DNA of 53,746 nt, taken from positions 1-53,746 of the forward strand of contig CAYXOF010000001.1 of NCBI GenBank assembly GCA_964466905.1. Reading direction: 5' to 3'. Position numbers and translations under genes: made by a program. Origin of the DNA: an uncultured Candidatus Saccharibacteria bacterium. GTDB lineage: Bacteria; Patescibacteriota; Minisyncoccia; Phycocordibacterales; UBA918. Below the pieces are notes generated by a model, which saw only the letters and a list, made by a program, of their open reading frames with translations, had not been told where the DNA came from and made no database searches. This document shows positions 18,045 through 27,408 of the stretch, piece after piece; within the stretch, counting starts at the first letter, position 1; each line of letters opens with the position of its first letter.

Positions 18045-18578
18045 TTATGTTGCGGTAGTGTTCGTTTCAGTATCAAATTGTTCCAATGCGTTCATGACGC
18101 TTGAAAAATGTGGCAATTCTTGTCGTGTCGTGATACCGAGTTCAGCATAGCAGGCTACCGTCAAATGGTAGGTGCCGGCAGTGGTTCCACCATTTCGTTC
18201 AATGAGCCCACGTACCATGAGGTTGCGTATGATAGTGGCAGAATTAACCCCTCGAATCCGATCAATCGCCGCTTTAGAGATGGGACCACGGTATGCAATG
18301 ATCGCTAGTGTTTCTGCACCCGCCGGACCAATATCACCCTTGAGCTCGTCTTTGCGGAACTCTTCAATGAGCGGTGCGACTGTGGCATTGGTAGTAAGTG
18401 CTATGGTGGTATCGGTTTGTGTGAGGGCCAAGGCAGAACCCGTTAGTCGCTTGGAGAGTGCAGTTATCGTCGCCTCAAGGACAGCTTCCTCTATCATGAG
18501 TAACTCCAAAAGCTGCCGCTTTGAAACGGGCACCGCTTTATAAAAAAGAATAGCTTCTAAGGCTACATCATGTCTCAT
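18045..18578 (-). CDS. scpB: Segregation and condensation protein B
   Basis: EAILFYKAVPVSKRQL..., and the tandem winged-helix pattern ...AETLAIIAYRGPISKAAIDRIRGVNS... Confidence 0.85.
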   Translation of the reverse strand: MRHDVALEAILFYKAVPVSKRQLLELLMIEEAVLEATITALSKRLTGSALALTQTDTTIALTTNATVAPLIEEFRKDELKGDIGPAGAETLAIIAYRGPISKAAIDRIRGVNSATIIRNLMVRGLIERNGGTTAGTYHLTVACYAELGITTRQELPHFSSVMNALEQFDTETNTTAT

Positions 18579-18738
18579 ACCGTCATGTTAACTATGGTAG
18601 CAGTGTATCATAGATTGAGACTCGTCTCGGTTTTTGTTGACAACCCGCCATAAACAGATATTGATTCTTTCCAGATCAATGGTGTATTGTCAGTGTTCGA
18701 GGAAACGTGCGTTTGTATAGTAAGGGTGCCGATGATTG

Positions 18739-19476
18739 CTACATATAGCGTGGTGTTGCGGCGCTGTCACGTTCGACTGTAATATCACTAAAACGACTCG
18801 ATTGACTGACGATAATGTCGCCCTGTTTAACAATCTCAAGAATCGCGAGAAAGCTAACGATGATGTTTTTGTGCTCAGTCTCCCCTGCTCGTAATTCAGC
18901 AAAACTAACGCTGAGTTGTCGTTCAATCCGTTCATAGAGGCGAGTAATCATCATTTCAAGGGTGATCGTTGGTTTTACTTTAGCAGTTGGTTTAGGTGGC
19001 TCTGGTCGAGGTAGCGCATGGAGTACGCGCGTTATGGCATCTTTCAGTGCCGGCTGGCTGCAGTACTGGTCTGGCTTAAATACGACGTTACGCCGGACAC
19101 TATTTTCTGGTAAGGCTAGACGTAGTGTACCAAATTGTTTGCCTAAGTGCTGACTTTCGCGCTTGAAGAGCTGATAGTATTTGAGTCGCGCTTCAAGGTC
19201 TTCAATAGTTGCAGTTTCCTCTGAGGTCAGTTCCAAGATAGGCAGTAGCGATTTTGATTTGATAAGCAGCAGAGTGGCCGCCAGCGCAACGAACTGAGCG
19301 GTGTGTGGTACCGATGCGTCTTGCATCGCACTGACGTGTGCCATGTATTCATCAGTGACAGTAGCCAAGCTAATATCATTAATCAAGAGTTTACGCTTTT
19401 CTACCAACTCAATGAGTAGATCGAGTGGCCCCTCAAATACTGCGGTTTTAATAGCAAAACTTGTTGCGTTCACCAT
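18739..19476 (-). CDS. scpA: Segregation and condensation protein A (kleisin)
   Basis: FEGPLDLLIELVEKRKLLINDISLATVTDEY is the ScpA N-terminal signature. Confidence 0.88.
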   Translation of the reverse strand: MVNATSFAIKTAVFEGPLDLLIELVEKRKLLINDISLATVTDEYMAHVSAMQDASVPHTAQFVALAATLLLIKSKSLLPILELTSEETATIEDLEARLKYYQLFKRESQHLGKQFGTLRLALPENSVRRNVVFKPDQYCSQPALKDAITRVLHALPRPEPPKPTAKVKPTITLEMMITRLYERIERQLSVSFAELRAGETEHKNIIVSFLAILEIVKQGDIIVSQSSRFSDITVERDSAATPRYM

Positions 19477-19537
19477 TCTATCGTATCACACATCCCACTC
19501 ATAAAATTGGTTAGTTTGTCTTGTGCGAACGGGTCTT

Positions 19538-20950
19538 TTATTGATGTTGGCTCAAAAATGCAATGAGCAAGCGAACTGGTTCACCAGTCGCTCCCTTAGC
19601 CAACTTATCGCTTGGAATACTATCCATTCGTGGCGCAATGTCGATGTGTGCCCAGGGAATGTTGGTGGGGGCGAAAAATGATAGAAAGGTTGCTCCTTCG
19701 ATACAGCCTCCCCACTTGGCAAATGAGGTGGAGATATTACTCACATCGGCTCGATGACTTTTTAAGTATTGTTTGTACTCGTCCCAGAGTGGGAGTGGCC
19801 AGACGTAGTCACCCGTTTCTTCGCCAAGAGCAGTGAGGATTGCACCAAGCTCGTCATCCTTTGTGAGAATAGCGCTTGCATGTTGTCCGAGGGCTACCAG
19901 TGAAGCTCCGGTGAGCGTTGCAACATCAATGATCATGGCTGGCTTGAAGTGTTTTGTGGCGTAGCTATAGGCGTCAGCTAAAATGAGTCGACCTTCGGCA
20001 TCGGTGTGCAGGATTTCCACTGTCTTGCCAGTATGCGAAGTAACAATGTCACCAGCTCGCATGCTACGATCTGAGATAGCATTTTCAGCGGCGGGGATAA
20101 TGGCAACGATATTTTGCTTGATCTTAAGTGCTCCCGCCGCACAGATGGCTGCGATGACAGCTGCTCCGCCAGACATATCAAGGTGCATATCATGCATGCT
20201 CCCCGCTGGTTTGACATTAAGTCCACCCGTATCGAATGTCACACCCTTGCCAATAAGGACAACCGGGGCAGTACCTTTTTTGCCACCCTCGTATTCCATG
20301 ACAATCAGGCGAGGTGGATTCATAGCACCCTTCCCAACCGCCTCAAGGAGACCCAATTTTTCTTTTTTGATCGCCTTTTCATCAAGGATTTTTGTTCGGA
20401 CGTTAGTGCCCATCGCCAGTGTCTTGGCAGCCGTTGCGAGTGCGTTTGGAGTCATGTGTTCTCCCGTGGTGTTCGCGATATCTCGCGCCTGATTAACGTA
20501 GCGTGCAATCACTACGCCGCGTTTGAGGTCGGGGGTAGCAGTCGTCACTAGTTCGCCACACAGTAAGACGTCACTGAGGGCTGGCTGTTTTGCTGGTTTT
20601 GATTTGTAGGTCTTAAACTCATAGCCAGCGAGCAGTATGTTTTCGGTGATAGTCGTAGCGAGCCAGGCTACGCCGTGTTCTTCCAGGCGAGGGAATTGTG
20701 TGCTGGTAATTTCGAGCGCGATCGCGGTTAGTTGATGTGATTTCGCTGCTTGGATGATACTGCGTAGTAATGTACGAAACGTCCGTGGCGTTACATCATT
20801 CCACTTCCCTACGCCCATTCGATACTCGAGTGAGCCGTCAGTACACTCAACTAAGCGGTGCCACTCAGTACTAGCTTCGGTGAGTATGATGCGACAATAC
20901 TTTTTGGGTGCTGCAGTGAGTGATTTTTTTGAGTACGAAATGGTAAGCAT
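19538..20950 (-). CDS. pepA: Leucyl aminopeptidase (M17)
   Basis: VGKGVTFDTGGLNVKP and HTDAEGRLILAD (M17 signature NTDAEGRL). Confidence 0.9.
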   Translation of the reverse strand: MLTISYSKKSLTAAPKKYCRIILTEASTEWHRLVECTDGSLEYRMGVGKWNDVTPRTFRTLLRSIIQAAKSHQLTAIALEITSTQFPRLEEHGVAWLATTITENILLAGYEFKTYKSKPAKQPALSDVLLCGELVTTATPDLKRGVVIARYVNQARDIANTTGEHMTPNALATAAKTLAMGTNVRTKILDEKAIKKEKLGLLEAVGKGAMNPPRLIVMEYEGGKKGTAPVVLIGKGVTFDTGGLNVKPAGSMHDMHLDMSGGAAVIAAICAAGALKIKQNIVAIIPAAENAISDRSMRAGDIVTSHTGKTVEILHTDAEGRLILADAYSYATKHFKPAMIIDVATLTGASLVALGQHASAILTKDDELGAILTALGEETGDYVWPLPLWDEYKQYLKSHRADVSNISTSFAKWGGCIEGATFLSFFAPTNIPWAHIDIAPRMDSIPSDKLAKGATGEPVRLLIAFLSQHQ

Positions 20951-20984
20951 ATGGGAGCTAGTATATCAGAAAGCGATGGCACAC

Positions 20985-21019
20985 ACACTGAGCGAAACAC
21001 GTTGTGTCTCGCTCAGTGT
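20985..21019. terminator. Strong stem-loop downstream of aspS (11-bp perfect stem; no U-tract on the minus strand)
   Basis: ACACTGAGCGA-N13-TCGCTCAGTGT. The inner ACAC/GTGT extends the stem. Lies between the aspS stop and the pepA promoter region. Confidence 0.45.
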
Positions 21020-21063
21020 TTTGTGGGAGCTACGTCTTTAGGACAGATGCGTATCGGTATTAC

Positions 21064-22416
21064 CTAGAAATCCGCTTCCTCAGATTGTTCTTTTGACGTA
21101 AAGGTGTCGATGCGATTAATGTCGCGTGGGAAGAGTGTTGCCTCTTTGACATTCCCCACCCCGCAGAATTTAGCGGTGAGGCGCTCTAGTCCCATACCGA
21201 TTCCACCATGGGGTGGAATACCGTACTTGAAGGCCTGCAGGTAGAATTGGAACTTATCAGGATCGAGCCCTTTGGCTTTTATACGCTCGACAAGTTCCTC
21301 GTAGCGGTGTACTCGTTGTCCGCCCGAACACATCTCGAGCCCACGGAATAGGAGGTCAAAACTGCGCGTAAACTCTGGTGTGGCGGGATCGATGTGGGTG
21401 TAAAACGGTCGCTTACTGGTCGGAAAATGAGTAACAAAGACGAAGTCAGATCCGAGGTGTTCATGAGCATATTCGCATAAGAAACGTTCATCTTCTGGTT
21501 CTAAATCTGGCTCGTTCGTTTTATCGACACCAGTTTCTTGTAAGATCAGTGCTTGGGCTTCTCGGAGCGTCATGACTGGAAATGTTTCTGGAGCAAGTGC
21601 GAGCGGTGCACCAAGGAGTGTCAGTTCTTCAGCACACGTCGTCTGCACGTGCTCAGTAATTGCACGCATGAGCGCGGTCACGAGGGTGATGACATCGGTG
21701 TGATCTCGGATGTAGGCCATCTCGAGATCAAGCATCGAAATCTCTGAAAGATGACGGGTGGTCGCACTTTTCTCCGCTCGGAAGGTCGGTCCGACCGCAA
21801 ACACTCGCTCGAATACCCCTGCCATGATTTGCTTGTAGAGCTGTGGACTCGTGGCGAGGCTGGCTTCGACGCCTTTAAAGTACTTGACCCGAAATACCTC
21901 TGCTCCGCCCTCAGCGTCGCCCCCAACAAGCTTCGGTGCTTGAAACTCGGTAAAGCCTTCGCTATTAAGGAAATTTCGGTACGCAACTAAGATTTCACTT
22001 TGGACTTTAAATATTGCTCGTTCCCTGGGTCGACGGAGCGTGAGGGGGCGGTAGTCAAGTAAGGTATCGAGATTGAGCTCGCTGTCAAGATCAAACGGAA
22101 GTGCCTCAGCTTCGGCGAGTATTTCGATCGCCGTCACTTCGAGCTCAAGGTGGCCGTTCTTAAGATGTTGATTGACTTGCTTGCTGTCGCGTTCTTTGAC
22201 AATACCAATCACCTGTACGGCAGACATTACCTTTAGCTTACTGGCGATCGTCAGTACTTCAGGTTTACCAAATACGACACATTGCAGGCTTCCGCGGTAG
22301 TCGCGGAGGTCAAAAAATGCCACCTTACCTTGGGCCCGGACAACGTCTATGCTGCCAGACAACTGAACCGTTTCTCCAATATGTGAGCTGAGCTCATGTA
22401 ATAGTATTCGGGTCAT
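21064..22416 (-). CDS. aspS: Aspartate--tRNA ligase, archaeal/type-2 form (450 aa)
   Basis: Class II motifs SPQLYKQ, FRAEKSATTRHLSE, GGQRVHRYE and YGIPPHGGIGMGLERL. Short length is typical of type-2 AspRS. Confidence 0.82.
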   Translation of the reverse strand: MTRILLHELSSHIGETVQLSGSIDVVRAQGKVAFFDLRDYRGSLQCVVFGKPEVLTIASKLKVMSAVQVIGIVKERDSKQVNQHLKNGHLELEVTAIEILAEAEALPFDLDSELNLDTLLDYRPLTLRRPRERAIFKVQSEILVAYRNFLNSEGFTEFQAPKLVGGDAEGGAEVFRVKYFKGVEASLATSPQLYKQIMAGVFERVFAVGPTFRAEKSATTRHLSEISMLDLEMAYIRDHTDVITLVTALMRAITEHVQTTCAEELTLLGAPLALAPETFPVMTLREAQALILQETGVDKTNEPDLEPEDERFLCEYAHEHLGSDFVFVTHFPTSKRPFYTHIDPATPEFTRSFDLLFRGLEMCSGGQRVHRYEELVERIKAKGLDPDKFQFYLQAFKYGIPPHGGIGMGLERLTAKFCGVGNVKEATLFPRDINRIDTFTSKEQSEEADF

Positions 22417-22718
22417 AGTGATTGTTTTGAAACGCTCATAATCATAATTTCTTCCTGGGTTTCTTCATCGACTCTACCACCGTATGTCACCGCATAGTCT
22501 GCACCGAGAAGATCTTGTATCTCATTTCTTACCTGTTCAAACAGGTTTGGCGGTAATTCGTCTACAAAAAAGTGTACCCACCCGTCTTGATCAGTCTTGT
22601 GTTCACGGTCAATATTGTATGTATCACCGAGGAGTGCATGAATATCTGCGAGTTGTGTTTCAGTCAGACAAGGAATGTTTTCGTTTGGTCCAAATATCTC
22701 TGGTTCATGAGATTGCAT
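22413..22718 (-). CDS. Hypothetical small acidic protein (101 aa)
   Basis: ORF only. 4-nt overlap with the aspS start and 12 nt after the trpS stop. No motif recognised. Confidence 0.5.
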   Translation of the reverse strand: MQSHEPEIFGPNENIPCLTETQLADIHALLGDTYNIDREHKTDQDGWVHFFVDELPPNLFEQVRNEIQDLLGADYAVTYGGRVDEETQEEIMIMSVSKQSL

Positions 22719-22730
22719 AGTGACTCATTA

Positions 22731-23678
22731 TTATCTAATACCGATCGCCTGTCGTACTCGCTCAAGGGTGACCTGTGAGATCGCTTTTGCCTTCATCACC
22801 CCGTCTGCTAAAACTGCGTGCACATCATCATCACTGATGTGAGCACGTTGTTCTCGGAGTGGTGCGATGAAGGTTTCGAGATCCGTGACAAGGATTTTTT
22901 TGAGGTCACCATAGCGGCCTCGGTGCGCTTCATAGAGAGGGTCGAGTTCCGCGGCTGATTTGAGTAGTCGGTGAATTGCGTAGACGTGCTCTGGTCGCTC
23001 ACCGGTAGAATCTGTCACAATACTCATCACGGCCGTACTGATTTCCTCTGTCGTACCAAACAGTGGAATAGTATTACCGTAACTTTTGCTCATCTTTTGT
23101 CCATCTGTACCAGGAACTATACCGACGTTTTGGATAATTCGTTCAGCTGGCTCCTTGAGGAGCGCTTCTCCGTACGTTCGGTTAAACTTCCCCACCGCTT
23201 CGCGCGTGTACTCTAAGTGTTGTCGTTGGTCCTCTCCGACGGGGACGATGTCTGTATCATAGAGGACAATATCAGCAGCCATCAGCATTGGGTAAGTGAA
23301 TAGTCCAGCGTTGGCATCAATTCCCTTTGCTACTTTATCTTTGTATGAGTGCGCTTGTTGGAGGAATGGCACGGTAACCATACAATTCAAGATCCAGGCC
23401 AGCTCCATGTGGTCTTGATTGTCTGACTGCCGGAACAGGGTGCAGGTAGCGGGATCGACGCCAACTGCTAGATAATCTTTCACCACGTCAAGCACATTAC
23501 GTCGCAAGAGTTCCGGGTCTCGCACGCTCGTCAGCGAGTGGTAGTCGGCCACCATCAGGAAGCTCTCGTAGTCTTGGTAGGTGTCGGTAAAGGGTTTCAA
23601 CGCACCGAAGTAGTTGCCGATATGTAGTGTGCCAGAAGACTGAAGGCCGGTGAGTAAGCGTGGTTTCGTGGTAGTCAT
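22731..23678 (-). CDS. trpS: Tryptophan--tRNA ligase
   Basis: TGLQSSGTLHIGNYFGA (HIGH) and KMSKS. I chose the start at ATG 23678 (MTTTKPRLL) because a TATCAT hexamer sits 9 nt upstream. Confidence 0.9.
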   Translation of the reverse strand: MTTTKPRLLTGLQSSGTLHIGNYFGALKPFTDTYQDYESFLMVADYHSLTSVRDPELLRRNVLDVVKDYLAVGVDPATCTLFRQSDNQDHMELAWILNCMVTVPFLQQAHSYKDKVAKGIDANAGLFTYPMLMAADIVLYDTDIVPVGEDQRQHLEYTREAVGKFNRTYGEALLKEPAERIIQNVGIVPGTDGQKMSKSYGNTIPLFGTTEEISTAVMSIVTDSTGERPEHVYAIHRLLKSAAELDPLYEAHRGRYGDLKKILVTDLETFIAPLREQRAHISDDDVHAVLADGVMKAKAISQVTLERVRQAIGIR

Positions 23679-23723
23679 TGCTTGACTATGATAGCAGAAC
23701 ACCCCGCTCCTGACTACTACACC

Positions 23724-25403
23724 CTACATAACGAGTGGCAAGGTAAGTGAGAAGCGCGATCCTCTCCCGTCACCATCGGAGTGAGCGGTAATGTTCCCCT
23801 CCATTGCTTTTGCCATTTGGAGCGCGACGTAGAGGCCGAGGCCAGTGCCGCTTACGTTGACGCTGTTTGCGTTCTCGGCGCGTTCAAATTTTTGGAAGAT
23901 AGTATGCATGGTGTGCTCATTCATGCCGATACCAGTGTCCGTGATATCGACGGTAATTTTTTTTGCTCGGGTGTCGTCTTTGAGATGTACGACAATACTC
24001 CCCTGCTTGGTGTACTTGATTGCGTTATTGATGAGGTTGTGAATGATTTGTTGTGTCTTGCCAATATCTGCATGCACCACACTGCGACTTTTGATATCAC
24101 TCCGGAAGAGCAGAACCAATCCAGACTTAAGGGCGATCGGACGCAAATCATCGCAAATGTGTTCAACTTCATCACGGAGGCTGAAGTCCGAGAGGTTATA
24201 TTTCATGTTCCCCCCTTCGATCCGAGAGACATTGAGGTAGTCTTCGATTGAGGTGGCTATCAGTTTGGCGGATTCTTCGATCCGTGTCAGGGGGTCTTTC
24301 GCCGCCTCTGGCATGTGTCCGTAGCTATTTTCTAGGAGGAGTGACGCGTAGCCACGAATGGCGGTGACTGGGCTGCGGAGCTGGTGTGAGGCGATGGAGA
24401 CGAACTCAGACTTCAGCTTATCAATTTCTTTTAATCGCACATTTGCCTTTTCGAGCTTTACTGCGAGTCGCTCGATTTGCTCGCGCTGGTTAACTTCTTG
24501 TCTCACGTTACGGATCAGGAGGTATCCTAAAACCGTAAAAAGCACGAGAGTAACCATCGCAATGACCTGCTTATTTTCAATTGTACGAACGAAAAGAATT
24601 GATAACAGTAAGATGAAAGTTCCGATAAATAACACTTCAGCAGTAAGGATCTTTACTTTGAAAGCCTCGTATCTGACTATGGTATAGGCTAGAAAGCAAA
24701 CTAAAATTGGCATGCCAAATAGACCAATCTGTCCTATTTCCCAATCTGTTTCAATACTACCAAGAATATTACCCAGTGAAAAAAGTGCTAAGAAGAGCAA
24801 GACACCTGTAGTCACTAAAACAAGTTCAACCCGCTTAGTCTTTGGTACGATATGGTAGTTTAATATAACCAAAACCAGAATTGCTAATGCGATTAGAATC
24901 TCAACTATATAGACATACCATTGCCACAACGGGCCTTCAATTGCCTCGCGCCAACAGTTAGTAAAGTCGTACGCCAATAGATTTAATTCAGTATGTGCGA
25001 ATAAAAATAGTGGTATAAATAGTGCAAAAATAACTATCTCTTGCCATATGCCCGGCCTTCCCTCGGTAATGTATGCATATACAAAATAGAAACTCCCCAC
25101 GTACACTAATAGATCAAAGTATATTAGTGATGACCAGGCAAACATGATGAGGTCTGGTCGGTCAGAGGCCCAGAGAAATAGGTCAATTAAGCTCCAGGCG
25201 GTGAATGCTGTGGTAACAAACAGTAAAGCCTGTGCAGTCTTGCTGTCTGTCGAGTAGCGAAATACAAAAAGTGCAACAATGAGTCCAGTGAGCGATGGAA
25301 AAAGATGAGAGTAATAAATAAAATCACCCCAAATGTTTTCAGAGAAGAATAACCAGCTTGTTGAACCCCACTCACAGATTTCAAACTGGCTTTGGTCTAA
25401 CAT
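23724..25403 (-). CDS. Sensor histidine kinase with about 8-TM N-terminal domain (no cognate response regulator in the window)
   Basis: H-box FVSIASHQLRSPVTAIRGY, N-box IINNAIKYT, G-boxes DTGIGM and GTGLGLY. About 300 aa polytopic N-terminus. Confidence 0.88.
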   Translation of the reverse strand: MLDQSQFEICEWGSTSWLFFSENIWGDFIYYSHLFPSLTGLIVALFVFRYSTDSKTAQALLFVTTAFTAWSLIDLFLWASDRPDLIMFAWSSLIYFDLLVYVGSFYFVYAYITEGRPGIWQEIVIFALFIPLFLFAHTELNLLAYDFTNCWREAIEGPLWQWYVYIVEILIALAILVLVILNYHIVPKTKRVELVLVTTGVLLFLALFSLGNILGSIETDWEIGQIGLFGMPILVCFLAYTIVRYEAFKVKILTAEVLFIGTFILLLSILFVRTIENKQVIAMVTLVLFTVLGYLLIRNVRQEVNQREQIERLAVKLEKANVRLKEIDKLKSEFVSIASHQLRSPVTAIRGYASLLLENSYGHMPEAAKDPLTRIEESAKLIATSIEDYLNVSRIEGGNMKYNLSDFSLRDEVEHICDDLRPIALKSGLVLLFRSDIKSRSVVHADIGKTQQIIHNLINNAIKYTKQGSIVVHLKDDTRAKKITVDITDTGIGMNEHTMHTIFQKFERAENANSVNVSGTGLGLYVALQMAKAMEGNITAHSDGDGRGSRFSLTLPLVM

Positions 25404-25404
25404 A

Positions 25405-25563
25405 TTATTGCTCTTTTCCTTCTGTAAAATAATCGCTTGTATCGGGCCCGTCAGGATTAGTTAGGATAATGAAGTCCGCCAGAACAACTTTAGTGTAGTA
25501 AATCAATCCAATTGAGGAGCAGATACAAAGCATTAGTAGTACACGAACCGCCATATGAAACAT
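25405..25563 (-). CDS. Possible 52-aa hydrophobic micro-protein (below the ORF-track cutoff)
   Basis: My hand translation gives MFHMAVRVLLMLCICSSIGLIYYTKVVLADFIILTNPDGPDTSDYFTEGKEQ*. The stop lies 1 nt before the kinase ATG. No clear RBS. Confidence 0.3.
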   Translation of the reverse strand: MFHMAVRVLLMLCICSSIGLIYYTKVVLADFIILTNPDGPDTSDYFTEGKEQ

Positions 25564-25591
25564 TATAGTTCATTGCGCAAAGTATTTTTTT

Positions 25592-26083
25592 CTATTCTGG
25601 TGATAAGTGATGGTGGGTGGTATACGATTTCCAAAAACGTTTAGTAAAGAGGTGTTTACGTTTTTTAACAAATTGCAACGGGAGAGCATGGACTGATGTA
25701 ATAGTGCCACGGCACTCAAGCGTACCACATTGGCAGTTATTGATTTTCCATTCGGCCTCGGCTTCAGTGAGTGAGTAGTCCATGGTGAGCTCTGTCCCTT
25801 TTGGGATATTTTTCAGCGCATATACTCCGCGCTTTGTTTTTATAAATGTATTTGGAGAACATGAATGATTTATAAATCTAAAATCTGATTCAGTTGTGTC
25901 AATCCAGGTATGCTTACCAACTCCTATCCAGTCAAGTATCTTCGTTGAAATTTCGGGTGTAAATTCCCTTACCACTACAGTGGGACCATGAATAAAGTCT
26001 ATAAGCTCACCCTTGCGTATGTCTGTTTCGCAGAACAAACCAACGCCATGAATAATGCTCTTACCTACATACAATTTTTTCAT
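25592..26083 (-). CDS. SET-domain protein (putative protein-lysine N-methyltransferase) with post-SET Cys cluster
   Basis: GVGLFCETDIRKGELI, FINHSCSPNT (NHSC motif), GTELTMDYS (ELxxDY), CQCGTLECRG (post-SET). Confidence 0.85.
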   Translation of the reverse strand: MKKLYVGKSIIHGVGLFCETDIRKGELIDFIHGPTVVVREFTPEISTKILDWIGVGKHTWIDTTESDFRFINHSCSPNTFIKTKRGVYALKNIPKGTELTMDYSLTEAEAEWKINNCQCGTLECRGTITSVHALPLQFVKKRKHLFTKRFWKSYTTHHHLSPE

Positions 26084-26094
26084 GCAATACTTAC

Positions 26095-26817
26095 CTATGC
26101 TACTACACTCGGCGGTGAGATTACTGACTTACTACCACTTGTCTGCATATCTTCTAATGGCGCTCTGACAATCACAATTATTCCTACTAGTGCATGAAGT
26201 AATGCATTAGAGACAGGATAAAACATCAATGAATGCCATAATTTGTCATGTGTCAAAAATGTAATCATAGCCAATATGACATACGCGGCTGACCAAATCA
26301 TCCACGGAAGCCAATCTTCACGTTCAGGATTCTTATAGGTTGTACTAAATATCGGATAAAAAGCTGAAAAAGTTGAGAGGTTCGACAAAAAAAGGAAAAC
26401 CAGTGCCGCCCACTCCTTTTGCTCAGGTGTCACCCATGATATGAGTAAAAATAGCCATGCGCAAATATATCCGATAGTAATAAAAATATCACTCTGGAAT
26501 GATAGTTTTTCGAATTTATCTTCCGGCCACCAATCAGCCGGCCACCATAATTTCGGATTCTTTACTCTGGCGTGCAGCCAGCAACGCACTGATACAACCA
26601 CACCGAGTACCCCACAGACTATGGGTAAAATCAATTCAGCAAGAGTCGCTTCGCCGTCCCATTCAAGCACGACCAATATAACGGTGCCATACGCAAACAT
26701 GAACCAGGTTACGGGATTTGGATCGATCTCATCATTTCGTAAGTAGAGTACGTATCCGACTAACTGTAAGAGTCCGGAGATAATACCAGCCAAAAATAAA
26801 GGTTGAAGGAAATCCAT
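26095..26817 (-). CDS. Polytopic membrane protein of unknown function (about 7 TM, Trp-rich loops)
   Basis: Hydrophobicity pattern only. 11 nt upstream of the SET gene. Confidence 0.6.
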   Translation of the reverse strand: MDFLQPLFLAGIISGLLQLVGYVLYLRNDEIDPNPVTWFMFAYGTVILVVLEWDGEATLAELILPIVCGVLGVVVSVRCWLHARVKNPKLWWPADWWPEDKFEKLSFQSDIFITIGYICAWLFLLISWVTPEQKEWAALVFLFLSNLSTFSAFYPIFSTTYKNPEREDWLPWMIWSAAYVILAMITFLTHDKLWHSLMFYPVSNALLHALVGIIVIVRAPLEDMQTSGSKSVISPPSVVA

Positions 26818-26877
26818 TTAGTATTTATAACACAAAAGAACTAAAAAGTAAATACTTCTGGGGAGTAGTAGTTTACC

Positions 26878-27402
26878 TTAGGAGGTTGCGGCGTAGAGGA
26901 GTGCGAGTGGTCCGAGGAGCCACCAAAACACGTATTCGGCGGGTGCAAACACAGCTTGGATTGGGGTGCCAGCTGGGATATGATCAGTCAGTGGTACGAC
27001 TTGGAAAATAACGACGAGGAGTACGATGGTCGTTGCACTCGCAGCGAGTAATTTTTTACCCAATCCTTCAAATTTTCCTTCTCGAAACTCGTCAGGCATG
27101 AGGCGGGTCGTGATGTGAGTACTAAGTACTGAGAGTGCGGTAAATAGAACAGCCGTTGCGATCGTTAGGTTTACTCCACTGAGGTTTGTAAGTAGTCCTG
27201 TCGAAGCAAACTGTAGTGTCAGGAGTGTCCCAAGGTAGATGCCAATGACGGCGTTGATGGTCGTTTGTCTACCTCTGACTGTGGCATACAGGAGGGCACC
27301 ACCAAAGATACCGAGCGCAAGCGCAAGTTCAGACAATAACTGTAGGACTGAAGCGGTGTCTGGCATTTGAGGTAATACTACTGACGCACACAGTGCGCTC
27401 AA
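26878..27402 (-). CDS. Membrane protein of unknown function (4-5 TM)
   Basis: Hydrophobicity pattern only. Lies directly downstream of dnaJ. Confidence 0.55.
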   Translation of the reverse strand: MSALCASVVLPQMPDTASVLQLLSELALALGIFGGALLYATVRGRQTTINAVIGIYLGTLLTLQFASTGLLTNLSGVNLTIATAVLFTALSVLSTHITTRLMPDEFREGKFEGLGKKLLAASATTIVLLVVIFQVVPLTDHIPAGTPIQAVFAPAEYVFWWLLGPLALLYAATS

Positions 27403-27408
27403 CAGGCA

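Noticed and set aside
19983-20551. 169-aa and 145-aa plus-strand ORFs inside pepA
   Set aside because: They are antisense or out of frame relative to a well-supported M17 aminopeptidase. No motifs and no independent start context.
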